The position numbers and the translations under genes are program-made. This document shows positions 36,064-46,438 of a stretch of 64,000 bases of DNA, piece after piece. Location: assembly GCF_000281045.1 (NCBI RefSeq), contig NW_008246071.1, positions 1,135,293 to 1,199,292 on the forward strand, written 5' to 3'. The notes under the pieces were generated by a model. It was not told where the DNA came from. It was given only the letters and a program-made list of their open reading frames with translations, and did not search any database. The DNA comes from Saprolegnia diclina VS20 (Eukaryota). The number at the start of each line of letters is the position of its first letter. Position 1 is the first letter of the stretch.

Positions 36064-39000
36064 ATGTCGATGGCGCTCGAGACCGGTGAGAGCACGACCG
36101 CGGAGCCGCCACCGGCGACAACCCACCAGCCAACAACCACTGGAGAAATACCGTCGCCTCACGATGCCGTCGTCGTCACTGCAGCACCCTCCGATGGCTC
36201 CAACGACAACCCGAGCACCGTGGTCGGGCCAGAGACCGTCGAAGCACCAACGACAACCGCGATCGCGCCTCTAGTCGTCGCAGCAGTCAGCAGTAGCATC
36301 TCACCGGTGCTGCCGCGGCGAAAACCTCCAAAGAGGGTGCATTTTGCATCATCGCCCAAACGACGAGCGCTCTCTTTCGCGACTAAAGCGACACGCGAGG
36401 GCGCGTCACGCTTCCCAATCTCCTTTGGGTGCGCCTCTGTGTCCTCTTATTGCAGCTCTGGCATGTTCTTCTATCTCGTAGTCGGTCTACACACCGCGTC
36501 GTTGTCTCGACGGCGCCGGCACCGATCGAGCAGCTCGTGGCGAACGAGGCAACGTACACGCTCCCTCCGATGGCGCCACTGCTGTGGAAGGAGCGCTTTG
36601 CTCTAGGCTACGCAGGTACAAAGCGCGTGCATGCGCTGCGCACCAATACGCCAATCGTGGACGAGCTCACGTTTTCGAGCCGCGACGGTCTCTCCCGCCA
36701 GCAGCGTCCGCTGGTGCTCGCCCTTGGCGCGGCGTACTGCTCGACGATCACATCGATCGTCATGCCAAAGTGTGGCCTCGACAGTGCGACAGCGCTCGCC
36801 TTGTTCCGCGTCCTGACAACGAGCCACTCGATCACGTCACTCGATGTATCGGACAACAGCCTTTGCGACGACGACATGCCTGCGCTCTGCGTAGCGCTGC
36901 GCACCAACACGTCGCTGACGCGGCTCGTACTCACGCGCAATGGCATCTCGGCGCGGAGTTTCCAGTGCCTCGCGTTTGCCCTGCAAGAAAACATCGATGG
37001 CAGCCTCCTCTCGCTCGACTTGAGCTACAACCCGCTATTAGCCGCGAGTTCGCAGCTGCTCGCTGACTGTCTCAGCGTCAACGAGACGCTCACGAGTCTC
37101 AACGTCGCGGCCACGCACGTCGTTGAACCCATCGTGCTCTCGGGTCTGTGGCGAAACTACACGCTCCACGAGCTCCAGCTTCAGCAGCTCGACAGCCCGG
37201 TGCCCCGTGCAGCGACCGATGAGAACGGCCGGCTCGCGCAAGACCATTTGAATATCACGCACGCCCCCGAAGTCATCGAAGGGCTACGGCGCGCCACGTC
37301 GGGCTTGGCACACTGCAATCTTACGGGCGTGCTGCTGCCGATTCAGACCATCAAGAGCTCCCGCTGGATCCACTTGCCAGCGGCAGCGCTCAACGAACTC
37401 GACGGACGCGTCATTGCGGTAGGGTGCATTGTCCCGCTTCCGCCAACATGGCACGTAGGGCTTGCTGTCCCAAAATCTTGCACTGCTCGAGCTCGATCTG
37501 GCGTCCAACCACTTGGGCGCCGAGTCGGTGGCTGCGATCATGGTCGCCATGAAGGCATGCCCGACACTCCGCACGGTCGACTTGTCGGACAACGGCGTTG
37601 GCGCCTACATTGGCGAGGCCCTGGGGCAGAGTCTCACGACCAACACGACCGTGGGGACGGTCAAGGTTGCCGACTTGATCCATGACGTTCAGCAGCTACG
37701 CGGCAACAGCGACGAGGTGCCAATGCCTTGGCGACGGTCACTGAACACACTGTCGTTGTAGGTGGAGGAGCTCACCATTACAAAAGAGATGCTCGCCGAT
37801 CCATTGGATTTTTGGGTTGTCACAATGCTCTTGGGCGTAAACCGACGCACTTTGATCTTCAACGAGCTCCAGATTCCGGCGCTGGAAGACCATATCGACT
37901 ACTGCCATACGCACCTCGCCGAGTATCGCGCGTCTTCTTCTCGCTCGTAATACGATTTCTGCGGCTAGTTACGAAGCGTCCTTTCTTGCGGTGCGCATTC
38001 GGCATCACTCGCACCTGCAAGTGCTGCAGCTCAACTGCTGCAGCTTGACGTCCTATGCTGGTCTCGTACTGGCCGACGCGCTTCGAAACCATACCGTGCT
38101 TCAACACGTAGCTCTCCCAAGTGCAAACTCAAAGTGCAAACTCAATTCCCTCTAGGTGTCGCTGGAGAACAACGCGCTCGGACCCATTGGTGGCCGCGCG
38201 ATCACCGAGTGCCTCGAGCACAACCATTGTCTCACACATTTGAATTTGAGCTGGAACCAACTCAACAACGACGGTGTGCTCCCACTGCGCGTCTCGCTGG
38301 CTGCCAACCGGGCGCTGCGACGCCTCGATCTCCGCGGCAACGGCATCAGCACGATCGGTGTCGTGGCCATTGGCACCGGCATCGCGACCAATGCGTGCTT
38401 GGAAGAGCTCTACTTGCGCTGGAATGACGTGGCACCGCGCGGCGCGACGAGCCTCGCCACCGCGCTCACGCGCAACAAGAACCTCCGCGTCCTCGACATT
38501 GAGCAGCAGCACATGGAAGTCGACGGCGCCGTCGCATTTGCGACCATGCTTCGCAGCAACAAGGCGCTCACGGCGCTCAATATGCGAAGTGACCTCGTGC
38601 TGCACCCGACGACAACCCTCACAACGGACGGCGCGACGGCGCTCGCGATGGCACTGCGTGAAAACACCACGTCGTCATGATAACGCTTTTGTGGAAGCTC
38701 AACCGACTCGCGTAGGCTCAAGGAGCTCAACTTGGCCGAGAACCGGTTGACAGTCGAAGGCTGCGAAGTGCTCATTGGCGGTGTCGCCAATCTGCGCCTG
38801 CAAAAGCTCGATCTCTCGTACGCAGAGCTGGCGGGCGAGCTCGCGGTAACCTTCTTTGCGCAGCTCGCCCGCAACTCTTGCATGGAGGTAGCTTTTGCAT
38901 CGCCAAAGGCCCCACATCCCACCATTGGTGGTGGTAGGAACTCAATGTAGAGCACAACAACATTGGGCCCGATGGCTTCAAGGCGTGCTTGCGAGCGCTC

Positions 39001-39189
39001 TGCGTGAATCGTACGTTGCGCGACCTCAACATTGGCTACTGCCACGTCACGGAAGAGGGCATGGTGCTCGTCGAGAAGCAGGCGCGGCTCTTCGCCCTGC
39101 TTCGGCTTCGGCTCGTCGGCAACCGCGTGACGCCAGGTACCAAAGCGCGACTACAGGCGCTGCGCGTCGGTGTCGTGCTCGATATTTAA
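36064..39189 (+). CDS. RNI-like (NLRC3-type) leucine-rich repeat protein, multi-exon
   Basis: Many 28-residue LRRs (ITSLDVSDNSLCDDDM, LTHLNLSWNQLNNDGV, LRRLDLRGNGISTIGV) after a Pro/Thr-rich N-terminus. Confidence 0.8.
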
Positions 39190-39537
39190 GCACCACAAGA
39201 ATGTGAAACGATGTTTCTGGTGCCTTCCAGAACCTTGATGCACGGTCCACGGTCGTGGGAACGTGCCAAACCGCCTGTTTTCTCCTTGATACGTACCCCA
39301 CTGCGCAAACGTGGGTACGTTCTGCCGTCTACCGCATGACGCATCAAGACACAGCTGGCGCGGGTGTCCACGGCTGCGAAAGTTAGCACTAATTGTGCGT
39401 CGAGGTTGCAGTTCCGAGGCGTTACGTACGTGGCGGCCTCCGACGAGCGATAAGCCGCCGCGCTCATTGGCACGACCATGTCACAGATCGGCGTCGGCTG
39501 GAGTAGCCGGGCGACGAGCAATTGCGCGGCGGGTGCT

Positions 39538-39553
39538 GCTCATTTTCCGATTT
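39538..39553 (+). promoter_or_regulatory. Oomycete Inr/FPR core promoter element
   Basis: GCTCATTTTCCGATTT matches the oomycete core promoter consensus GCTCATTYBNNNWTTY and ends 17 nt before the ATG at 39571. Confidence 0.7.
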
Positions 39554-39570
39554 CCTTTGTCTTGCCAAGC

Positions 39571-40227
39571 ATGACCAGCTTTGCCAACACGCACACAACG
39601 AGCTCGCTCGCGGTCCTCACCAACACCCCGCTCCTTCAGCTCGTGTGCGCCTACCAAGACGGTCTCACGCCCGAGCTCTCGAGCGTCTTCCTCACGTACC
39701 GCCGGCGCATGCAGCGTTCGCTTGTGCCGCAGAAGAAACTCATCCTTGCCACCAAGGAGATGTTCCGCGGCCATGTCGCCCTCAAGCTTGTCGAGAAGGG
39801 CGACGTCGCGATGCTCCACGAGCTCGAGCGCCAAATTCCCACTGGGTATGCGCGCCCGCCTCGCAACGAGTCGAGTTACCTCTACGGCATCAACACGGCG
39901 GCGGCGCGCGGCCAGCTGACCGTTGTGCGCTTCCTCCATGAACACGACCTGGCCAAGTGCTCAAAGAAGGCAATGGACGACGCCGCGTCCAACGGCGACC
40001 TCGCCATGGTCACCTACTTGGACGAGCACCGTGATGAGGGCTGCAGCCTCGCGGGGTACATTTTGGCCGAGAAGCACGGCCACCGCGACGTCGTCGAGTA
40101 CCTCCTCGCCCACCGCCCGCAAGACCAGAACAAGTGCCCGCCCTCGGACCCGCAGTTTGTGTTGCACCCGCTCTTGACGTCGGCCGCCGACGCGCTCGCC
40201 AAGGTGCCGGCCTGCGGCGTCCAATAG
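39571..40227 (+). CDS. Oomycete-type ankyrin repeat protein, intronless
   Basis: N-terminal VLTNTPLLQLVCAYQDG and ankyrin repeats AAARGQLTVVRFLHEH, CSKKAMDDAASNGDLAMVTYL, AEKHGHRDVVEYLL. Confidence 0.85.
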   Translation: MTSFANTHTTSSLAVLTNTPLLQLVCAYQDGLTPELSSVFLTYRRRMQRSLVPQKKLILATKEMFRGHVALKLVEKGDVAMLHELERQIPTGYARPPRNESSYLYGINTAAARGQLTVVRFLHEHDLAKCSKKAMDDAASNGDLAMVTYLDEHRDEGCSLAGYILAEKHGHRDVVEYLLAHRPQDQNKCPPSDPQFVLHPLLTSAADALAKVPACGVQ

Positions 40228-40566
40228 CCGAATATGGCTTCAAATACGCTCCTTGCCCTCTCCTGCTGCCACGTATGATGATGTCCCACGCCACTGCCTT
40301 TGTCGCACAAGGCCCGACGCTGCCTCTCCACGCATGTCCATTCGATGCATATCTATCTACTATCGCTAGTCCATGATGGCTACGCGTCCATATTAACTCA
40401 ATCCGACGACCGACCCTTAAGGGCGTCTCCTGACTTGAGCGTTGCCTTGCCAAGTTGAAGTTGCCACGAAATTTAGCTCGCTCGTTCTCAGAAGCGTTTG
40501 GTATCCACGATGGCTGCAAGAACAAAACTGGTTCTCGTTCGATCTCCTAAACGAGGTGGCGGCGTC

Positions 40567-40681
40567 GACTCTAAGACTCTAAGAAGAAGAGCCGCAGACT
40601 CTAAGAAGAAGAGCCGCAGACTCTAAGAAGAAGAGCCGCAGACTCTAAGAAAGAAGAGCCTCAGACACTAAGAAGAGCCGC
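40567..40681. repeat. 22-bp minisatellite, unit GACTCTAAGAAGAAGAGCCGCA
   Basis: Three perfect units at 40575, 40597 and 40619, two degenerate units at 40641 and 40664, and a partial unit at 40567. No spacers between units. Confidence 0.95.
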
Positions 40682-40700
40682 TTATATGTCGTTTCACAAT

Positions 40701-41842
40701 TTACGCATCAGCGATCGGGCAGAGACAGACGGGCGTCGGGATCGCAATCGACTCGCCCGTCGGCTCGAGCGACCCGTTCGGTGCCAAGCGGTACGTCAAG
40801 ATCGAGTCGGAGTTTTGGTTGGCCGACAAGACGAGGTCGTTGCTGACAAAGGCAAAGTGGCGGGGGAAGAGGCCGCCGCTCGACACAAACGTCGGGGCAT
40901 CGACGCGACCGTCGGCAGTAATCGGGAACGTGACGAGCGTGTCGTCACCGCGGTTCGAGACGACGACGGCGCGGCCCGACGGCGCGACCTGCACCTCGGC
41001 GTTGAGGCTAAAGGCGTCTGTCTGGGCGCGCTCGGGCAGACGCGTCGAGACCGTCTGCAGCGGCGTCGCTGCAAGCGACCCATCGCTTTCGAGCGCAAAG
41101 ACGCCGAGGCTGTTGCTCAGCTCGTGGACGACGTACGCGACAGGAAGCGTCGGGTGCATCGACATGTGCCGGGGACCGGCGCCCGGCGGCTGCGGCACAA
41201 ACGCACGGGCGCTATGGGGCTCGAGCGCACCTGATTCGCAGCGTTTTAGTGAGAGGCTGAGAGATCGCATGGTCTCTTACCTGTCACCGCCTGGAGCGCA
41301 AACTGCATGACCTTGTCGTTTCCGAGGTCGAGCGCGAACAAATTAGCGCCTGCCCACGTCGTACTGTGGCAGTGCGGGGCTTCCTGGCGGGCGGCGTTCA
41401 CGAGGCTCGCGCCTGTAAACTGCTGGATGCTCGACGCAGGTGCGATCGAGCCATCGGGCTGGATCGGGTACAGCGCGACGTTCCCGCCGCCGTAGTTGGA
41501 CACGGCCACGTAGCGCCCGTACGGGTCCACGGAGGCGTGGCAGGGATACGTGCCATGCGACGGCTCCATATTCTTCAAGGTAAGTTGACCGTCGGCGCCG
41601 ATCACGTACGCACGGAGAAAGCCCGTCGCTTGGCCGTTCACGTCGTCCGCACACTCGTTGACGACGAAGGCGACGCCATTGGCCGCGGCGACGAACGACG
41701 GGTTGACGCCCACGTCCGTGACGCCGAGGAGGCTCATCTTGCCCGTCGCGTGCTCGACCGAGATGGCGTAGACGCCCTTGCCCTTGCCGTCGACATGGTC
41801 TTCCTTGCGCGTGTACGTCCCCACAAGCACTTGCGTCGCCAT
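40701..41842 (-). CDS. pgl: 6-phosphogluconolactonase / lactonase, 7-bladed beta-propeller family (2 exons; intron 41231-41280)
   Basis: VLVGTYT..GKGVY, NPSF, PCHASVD, SNYGGG, RQEAPHCH, DLGND, GAGPRH, SNRGDD, PRHF and ANQNSD are characteristic of YbhE/Pgl-type lactonases. Confidence 0.9.
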
Positions 41843-42483
41843 GCTGCCAATCCAAAAATCCAAAATGCCAACTGGATTCCACTGGAATTCCGATGACGGC
41901 GAGCCTGTATACACATACAAACATCAAGTACATGTATCCAAGCCAGTGTACATTCCAGCGTCCCAAAACGAAGTGCGTCGAGTGTAATGCTAAAGGCGCC
42001 CCGTCAACGAGTGACGCGAGAGCCTTCACGCTGCATGATACCAAGGGCACTGGTGACATCCTTGAGGCACTTTGAGTTGAGTTTCGAGTTGGAGTTTGCG
42101 GTAAAATTGTACCTTCTGTACCCAGGGTATATCGACGGCTCCTCAACCCCGGACTCGTCACAACCGAGAAGCGCCCTGTGCCTTAGGTAGCACCCTTAGA
42201 TGCTACGCTCTCAGCCAAGTGCTCTTTTGCAACTCCGCTGGCTCACACTCCGCAGTCGACGCAGCCCACCTCACGGCGTTGTCCGAATCACAGGTCCAAG
42301 GGCGCGGCTGGGCAACGAGGGATGTTCTGCAAAATCCACAACGACACTGGTGATAGCTCCAAAAATTCTCAAACTAAACTCAAAACCCATCGCAACAAAG
42401 CAGTTGCCACGACTGTCGGTTACCAAGAAGCGATGCTCGGGGTGTGGTCTACGACAGCGAACGATGCGCGGGGCGCCTTCAGC

Positions 42484-43869
42484 ATGGCCGAGCTCACCGA
42501 GGGTCCGGTCGACGTGGGCGGTGAACTTTCTCACGATATGTGCGGGTAGCTACGTCCAACCACGTGGCGACCAAGTCGTTTCGGAAAGACTACCTCGCGT
42601 ACTGCAAGCTCATGGCGCTCGTGCCCCACCCCAAGCTGTTGCCCAACTTTGACGAAGAAGACAAAGACTGTCTTCGTACGACGACCTCGAAGACTCGAGG
42701 ACATTCGATACGATGATGTAGACCAAAACTACGACGAGTCGGACGTCGCCACCATCACCGTGCGCAACTGGATGCTCGACATGCCGTCGCTGTTGCTCAT
42801 GGACTTGGCGCTGCAGCGGGCGACTTCGGTCCACACACTCATGTATTGCATCTCGTCTTGTGTGGTGAACTATAGAGGTTCTAGTCTCTTCAACGTGTCG
42901 CTGACCGTCCCGCAGCTTCAGTTTGTTTGCACGCAGCTACCGTCCACAAGCCTCAAGACGCTGCACTTGGAGTGGAACGACGTGCCGCCGCTCAACCTGG
43001 ACGCGCCCGACACGATCATTGAAGACCACACCGTCTGGTACGACTACGCTGCAACCACTTGGGATGCCATCGGTCCTCGGTAGCTTTGCCCGCTTGCTCG
43101 CGGCACCGACGCAGCTGACACAGCTTTCGCTCCGCGCCAACGGCATTTCCTCCGAGGGTGGAGGCCCCGTCCTACGGATCAGCTCCGTCATGTCCGACGT
43201 AGGTGCGATCGCGCTGGCGGGAGCGCTTCGGCAAAACGCGACGTTGACGCAGCTCAACTTGTTTCGGAATGGCATTGGTGATGTTGGGGTCGAGGCGCTC
43301 GCGCAAGCACTCTCCGAGAACAAGACGCTGCAGCACCTCTCGGTGGCCAACAACGGTGTCTCGGGCGCCGGGTACGAGACGCACTAAGGCTCCGTCTCAG
43401 GCATTTGATGGGACGTACTAGTGCGCTGGCTCTGGTGCGCGCGATCACGCACTACGTCTTGTCGGAAGCCCAGCTCAAGCAACTCGCCGACATGGAAGTG
43501 CTTGTCCAGACTACGGTGCGTGCGGTCGTTATCTCGAGCCGACGTTTGCAATCGAAGTAGCTGGAGGCGGCCAAGAAGCAAAAGAAGAAGCTCGACCGTG
43601 CCGACGTGGTCAAAGAACTCAACATGGTTGAGACCGAAACTGTCGACGGCGTGGTGTACGGCCTCGGCAACAGCACGCTGCAGTCGATTTCACTCAGCGG
43701 CAACGAGCTCTCGGATGTTGAGCGCGACCTCTTGCCGCTGCAGCAGCTCCTCGAGGAGTTCGACGAAAAGCTACAGATGCACTTTGCTGGTCTCAAAGTG
43801 CAGCGCATGTTCACGCCCGGCCAGCTCACGGGCGTGGGCAAGCCGCTCTCGACCTTCCTCGTGCTGTAA
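42484..43869 (+). CDS. Leucine-rich repeat protein, LRRC71-like (multi-exon)
   Basis: FRKDYLAYCKL..PHP N-terminus and RNI-like LRRs (LTQLSLRANGISSEG, LTQLNLFRNGIGDVG, GNSTLQSISLSGNEL). Family name recalled from memory only. Confidence 0.6.
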
Positions 43870-43909
43870 ACGCCATAACGAAGAGCAACGTGTCATTTGC
43901 AGCGTAGAA

Positions 43910-44567
43910 TTACCGGGTTTTCAAAGGAATAGTATCCGTGTCATGGACGAGCGCACTCACACGAGGGTACACGAACAGCACCATCAAGATAAGCAGCGCG
44001 AGCGCAACGCCAATGAGCGTGAAGGCGCTGACGGGGATCCCGACCACCTAGAACATCAAGTTGCTGCTGCAGATTCGAACCAAGCTCGCGTAGTACCAGT
44101 TCTTCGAGAAGAATGTCAAACGTGGTTGCACGACGAGCAAGCTCGTCGGCGCTCAAGCGGTACGAGACGCCTTCGACTTGCATCGTTACCTACGCACCGC
44201 GCTGCAGGTCGCCACGGGCATTTCGAGGTCGTACCTCGACGTACTGCATACGTCCATCCGCGCTGCCCGTCACAAACGTCTTTTCCGTGTTGAGCATGCG
44301 TCGCATGGCGCCGTGGCTACGCTGGCGCTCGGCCTCGCCGTCGTCCAAGAGGCGCAGCTTGAAGAAGCTCGGCGTCGTGGCGCGGTACGACAGCTTGACC
44401 TCGTACGCTTGACCCGGCGCCGTCTCAAGCGCATAGACGACGGGCGCTCCTGGGTAGATGACCTGGCCTGTGGCGAGGACGTTCGGCGTCAGCGCCTTGA
44501 CGTTGGCGGCAACCGCAAGGCTCGCCCATGCCAGGAGCAGCAGCGCTGCCAGACGCATCGCCAGCAT
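43910..44567 (-). CDS. Small type-I membrane protein of unknown function (signal peptide, C-terminal TM; 3 exons)
   Basis: Signal peptide MRLAALLLLAWASLAVA, motifs YEVKLSYRATTPS and RRMLNTEK, and TM GIPVSAFTLIGVALALLILMVLFVY. Stop TAA at 43910-43912. Confidence 0.75.
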
Positions 44568-44580
44568 CCTTTGAACCGGT

Positions 44581-44656
44581 TTATCCGGACATTGCCGGAT
44601 GGGCGCTCAGCATCCGGATATGCGGATGCCTCCACGTGGCTGCGAGGTATCCGGAC
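44581..44656. promoter_or_regulatory. Cluster of ATCCGGA sites in a divergent promoter
   Basis: TTATCCGGAC 44581-44590, CATCCGGATA 44611-44620 and GGTATCCGGAC 44646-44656, directly upstream of the 44567 start. Confidence 0.55.
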
Positions 44657-45093
44657 ATGGAGCGCTCTCGTCACCGTGGCGCGGTGCGGTGCTGGCAGCG
44701 TATCCTGCAGAGCCCACCGCGTAATGCTCCGTGTCCATGAGACCTTGTCTCGTGCATCACGGCGCCTGTCGGTCGACTCGAAGCTCAGTGAACATGAATT
44801 GAGTCTTTTCCGTGCAACGGAATGTTGGTCGGCATACAAACCTCGAGTGTAAAGTGAGTGGTGGTCCACTCCCGAGGGGTCGGGGTCCAAAACTTTGAAA
44901 TTAAAAAGCGACTTGCGTCAATAAAATACCAACAATCACGCGATCTTTACTGAATGTGTGTCATAAAATACAAATCGAACTCGATATTGTCACCGCATTT
45001 TAATAAAAAACGCAAACCACTTGGTCTTTGTATACTTCGACAGCCCAAAGAATGTTGAAGGGGCAGTATACAAAACGCTATATGTTGCAGAGA

Positions 45094-46386
45094 ATGCTGG
45101 TCGGGCCCGACACTCGCCAGTTTGAAAATAGTCGGCAGCAGCAGCAGATGACCCGGAAGCCGACCGACCTCAACATGATGGGCGTGCCCCCAAGCCATCC
45201 GAACCCGCTCAAGCGCACGCGCAGCGCGACGGCGCGCGAGTCGACGGACGCGTCGCTGCCGCCGACGATGCCCAGCATGCCCAGCATGCAGCTCAGCATG
45301 CTCAACAACGGCGGCTTGCCCACGATGCTGCCCAGCCTCGAGCGCCGCAGCTCGTCGACGTTCTCGATCAGCAGCCTCATGCCACTGGATCGAGGCATGA
45401 GCAACATGGGCAGCATGGCGCTGCCAGTCTACCACAGCTCGGCCGACCCGCCGTCGCGCCAGAGTTCGATGCTCGTGTCCGAGTACATGTACCCAGCGGA
45501 CATCCAGCCCATGACGTTTGACGACAAGCAGCGCCTCGTGCACCGCATTACAATGCTCCCGAGCCAGTACCTCCGCGGCCTCATTGACGTGATCAAAAAG
45601 TACCAGCCCGACACGGTGCGCCAGCTCGACGAAGAGTACGTCTTTGACTTGGAGCAAATGCGCGAGAACACCGTGTACGCGATCCAAGACTACGTGCAGA
45701 TCGCCTTCTCGGAGCTCGACGAGTACGTCAAGACGCTCACGAGCACGTCCAAGCCATCGCACCACCCGATGGGCATGAACATGATTGAAAACTACGAGGC
45801 GCCGCGGTACGCAACGTCGGCCAAGTCGAGCCTCGACGAGCCGCAGTCCAAGCGCCGTCACACGGTCACGTCGGCGGCGGTCGACAACGCGACCAAGCAA
45901 GTGCTGCAGACGAACGGCCAGATCAAGTTTATGGAGCAAGTCGAGATGTACTCCAAGCCCAAGACGAGCAAGACCAAGACCAAGCCGTCGCAGCGCCACC
46001 AGTGCGAGACGTGCCAAAAGATGTTTCGCGGCCGGTCCGAGCTCCAGAACCACATCCGCACGCACACGGGCGCCAAGCCGCTCATGTGCTCGTACGCGGG
46101 CTGCGGCAAGACGTACGCGCACAGCTCGAACCTGCGCGCGCACGAGCGCAGCCACGAAGGCATCAAGCCCTACGTGTGCCACTACGACGGCTGCGGCAAG
46201 CGCTTCGCGCACAGCGTGTCGCTCAAGGAGCACATTTGGATGCACGCGGGCGTCCAGCCGTACGAGTGTCCGTTTCCCGGCTGCGGCAAGCGGTTCACGC
46301 AAGTGTCCAACTTTGCCCGGCACAAGAAGCTCCACGGCGCGGCCGCCAAGGCCTCGAGCGCCAACGAGTCGACCGTCAACTTGTAG
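45094..46386 (+). CDS. ET (NET) domain + four C2H2 zinc finger transcription factor
   Basis: ET domain MTFDDKQRLVHRITMLPSQYLRGLIDVIKKYQP..EEYVFDLEQM..TVYAIQDYV and four C2H2 fingers with TGAKP/EGIKP/AGVQP linkers. Start uncertain (45052, 45094 or 45148). Confidence 0.88.
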   Translation: MLVGPDTRQFENSRQQQQMTRKPTDLNMMGVPPSHPNPLKRTRSATARESTDASLPPTMPSMPSMQLSMLNNGGLPTMLPSLERRSSSTFSISSLMPLDRGMSNMGSMALPVYHSSADPPSRQSSMLVSEYMYPADIQPMTFDDKQRLVHRITMLPSQYLRGLIDVIKKYQPDTVRQLDEEYVFDLEQMRENTVYAIQDYVQIAFSELDEYVKTLTSTSKPSHHPMGMNMIENYEAPRYATSAKSSLDEPQSKRRHTVTSAAVDNATKQVLQTNGQIKFMEQVEMYSKPKTSKTKTKPSQRHQCETCQKMFRGRSELQNHIRTHTGAKPLMCSYAGCGKTYAHSSNLRAHERSHEGIKPYVCHYDGCGKRFAHSVSLKEHIWMHAGVQPYECPFPGCGKRFTQVSNFARHKKLHGAAAKASSANESTVNL

Positions 46387-46438
46387 ACGCGCCACGTATT
46401 TAACCCTAGTCCGTAATACCTTTTTTGCGTAATTAGCC

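Noticed and set aside
38119..38144. 13-bp direct duplication AAGTGCAAACTCA in an LRR gene intron
   Set aside because: Simple local slippage; there is no intervening element to make it a target-site duplication.
40567..40681. CRISPR-like array
   Set aside because: Units are directly adjacent with no unique spacers, there are no cas genes, and the context is eukaryotic. It is a minisatellite.
42403..42431. X-box-like GTTGCCACG..GTTACCAAG upstream of the LRRC71-like gene
   Set aside because: Only half-site matches, and RFX factors are not established in oomycetes.
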